Shown piece by piece: positions 63,564 to 64,000 of a stretch of 64,000 bases of DNA. Below the pieces are notes generated by a model that was not told the origin of the DNA, searched no databases, and saw nothing but the letters and a program-made list of their open reading frames with translations. The stretch's first letter is position 1. Every line of letters begins with the position of its first letter. The DNA comes from a bacterium (GTDB lineage: Bacteria; Zhuqueibacterota; Zhuqueibacteria; Oceanimicrobiales; Oceanimicrobiaceae): the NCBI GenBank assembly GCA_046758365.1, contig JBHIAC010000001.1, forward strand, positions 77,202-141,201. Direction: 5' to 3'. The position numbers and the translations under genes were made by a program.

Positions 63564-63931
63564 GGCTCATTACTACTTTGTAAAATAATAAAACATTTAG
63601 AGTAGTAATCATATTTTCTAAAAACGCATGAACGTTACAAAGGTTACATTTGAATTAGCTTTTCTGGTTTAATTACAAATCAAGTTTAAAAATGTTGTTT
63701 TAGGTTTCAATAAAATATAGTCGTTTTGTAACAATCTAAATCGCCTTCCTTTTAAAGCAGTGTAACAAATAAATCAGAATTAGAACGATCGCAACTTTGC
63801 TTTATTGCACTTATGCAATCTTATTTTTCTTACGAATATGATTTTGTCAGAAAATAATTGCTTTTTTAGAGTATTTGAATTATTTTTTATTAATTTTATC
63901 AATTACTGAAATACCTTGGGAGGAAAAGAAA

Positions 63932-64000
63932 ATGTGGAAGACATGTTTAGTGATAATCTTTGCTGGTTGTCTGCTTTTGACCGGTTTGATCCCGGCATTT
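63932..64000 (+). CDS. 5' end of a secreted/lipoprotein-like gene (continues beyond window)
   Basis: GGGAGG lies 9 nt upstream of ATG. MWKTCLVIIFAGCLLLTGLIPAF looks like a signal peptide with a possible lipobox Cys. Confidence 0.3.
   Translation, partial: MWKTCLVIIFAGCLLLTGLIPAF

Overview
Low-GC bacterial chromosome segment with no rRNA, tRNA, CRISPR array, transposase or integrase that I can recognise. All but one of about 48 genes are on the + strand. The large surface protein ends in a type-9-secretion (T9SS) C-terminal sorting domain. That, plus the gene content, suggests an uncultured member of the T9SS-bearing FCB-type lineages (Bacteroidota/Ignavibacteriota/Calditrichota/Marinimicrobia-like); this is inference only. 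Layout: (1) 1-29.2 kb is a very AT-rich surface-glycan locus. It holds two DegT-type aminotransferases, WbqC, an SDR epimerase/dehydratase, a hexapeptide acyltransferase, two polyprenol-P-type GT2s, a UPF0104 flippase-like protein, five GT4s, Wzx, a Wzy/O-antigen-ligase-like protein, and an unusual four large GT-C-like/DUF2079 membrane proteins. Embedded at 19.7-26.7 kb are a secreted hydrolase-like protein, an alkaline-phosphatase-superfamily phosphodiesterase, DUF4956 and a CotH-kinase/beta-helix protein. (2) 29.2-38.1 kb has two small membrane proteins, a 537-nt non-coding region with a good sigma-54-type promoter, and a ~2530-aa T9SS cargo protein. Its domains are SGNH esterase, duplicated LamG-like modules, Fn3, about 12 Big_1-like repeats with a nested CBM-like insert, cadherin-like domains and the CTD. 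(3) 38.5-59.7 kb is housekeeping: carAB, tandem-Usp, a permease translationally coupled to an orphan nuoJKLMN block, an eIF-2B-like isomerase, pepA, ffh, rpsP-KH-rimM-trmD-rplS and an adenosine-specific-kinase-family protein. (4) 60.2-62.7 kb is an XPB-like helicase/Bax1 (DUF790) nuclease pair, followed by a TonB-family gene on the - strand. The most unusual signal I can see directly is non-coding: gene junctions are populated by long-range inverted repeats. One family of ~105-nt palindromic elements abuts stop codons in at least three copies, one showing a compensatory arm substitution. A second class, with word-repeat arms, sits inside the carA-carB and nuoK/L/M/N spacers; two of those share a 25-nt core. 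I do not recognise either class as a described element.
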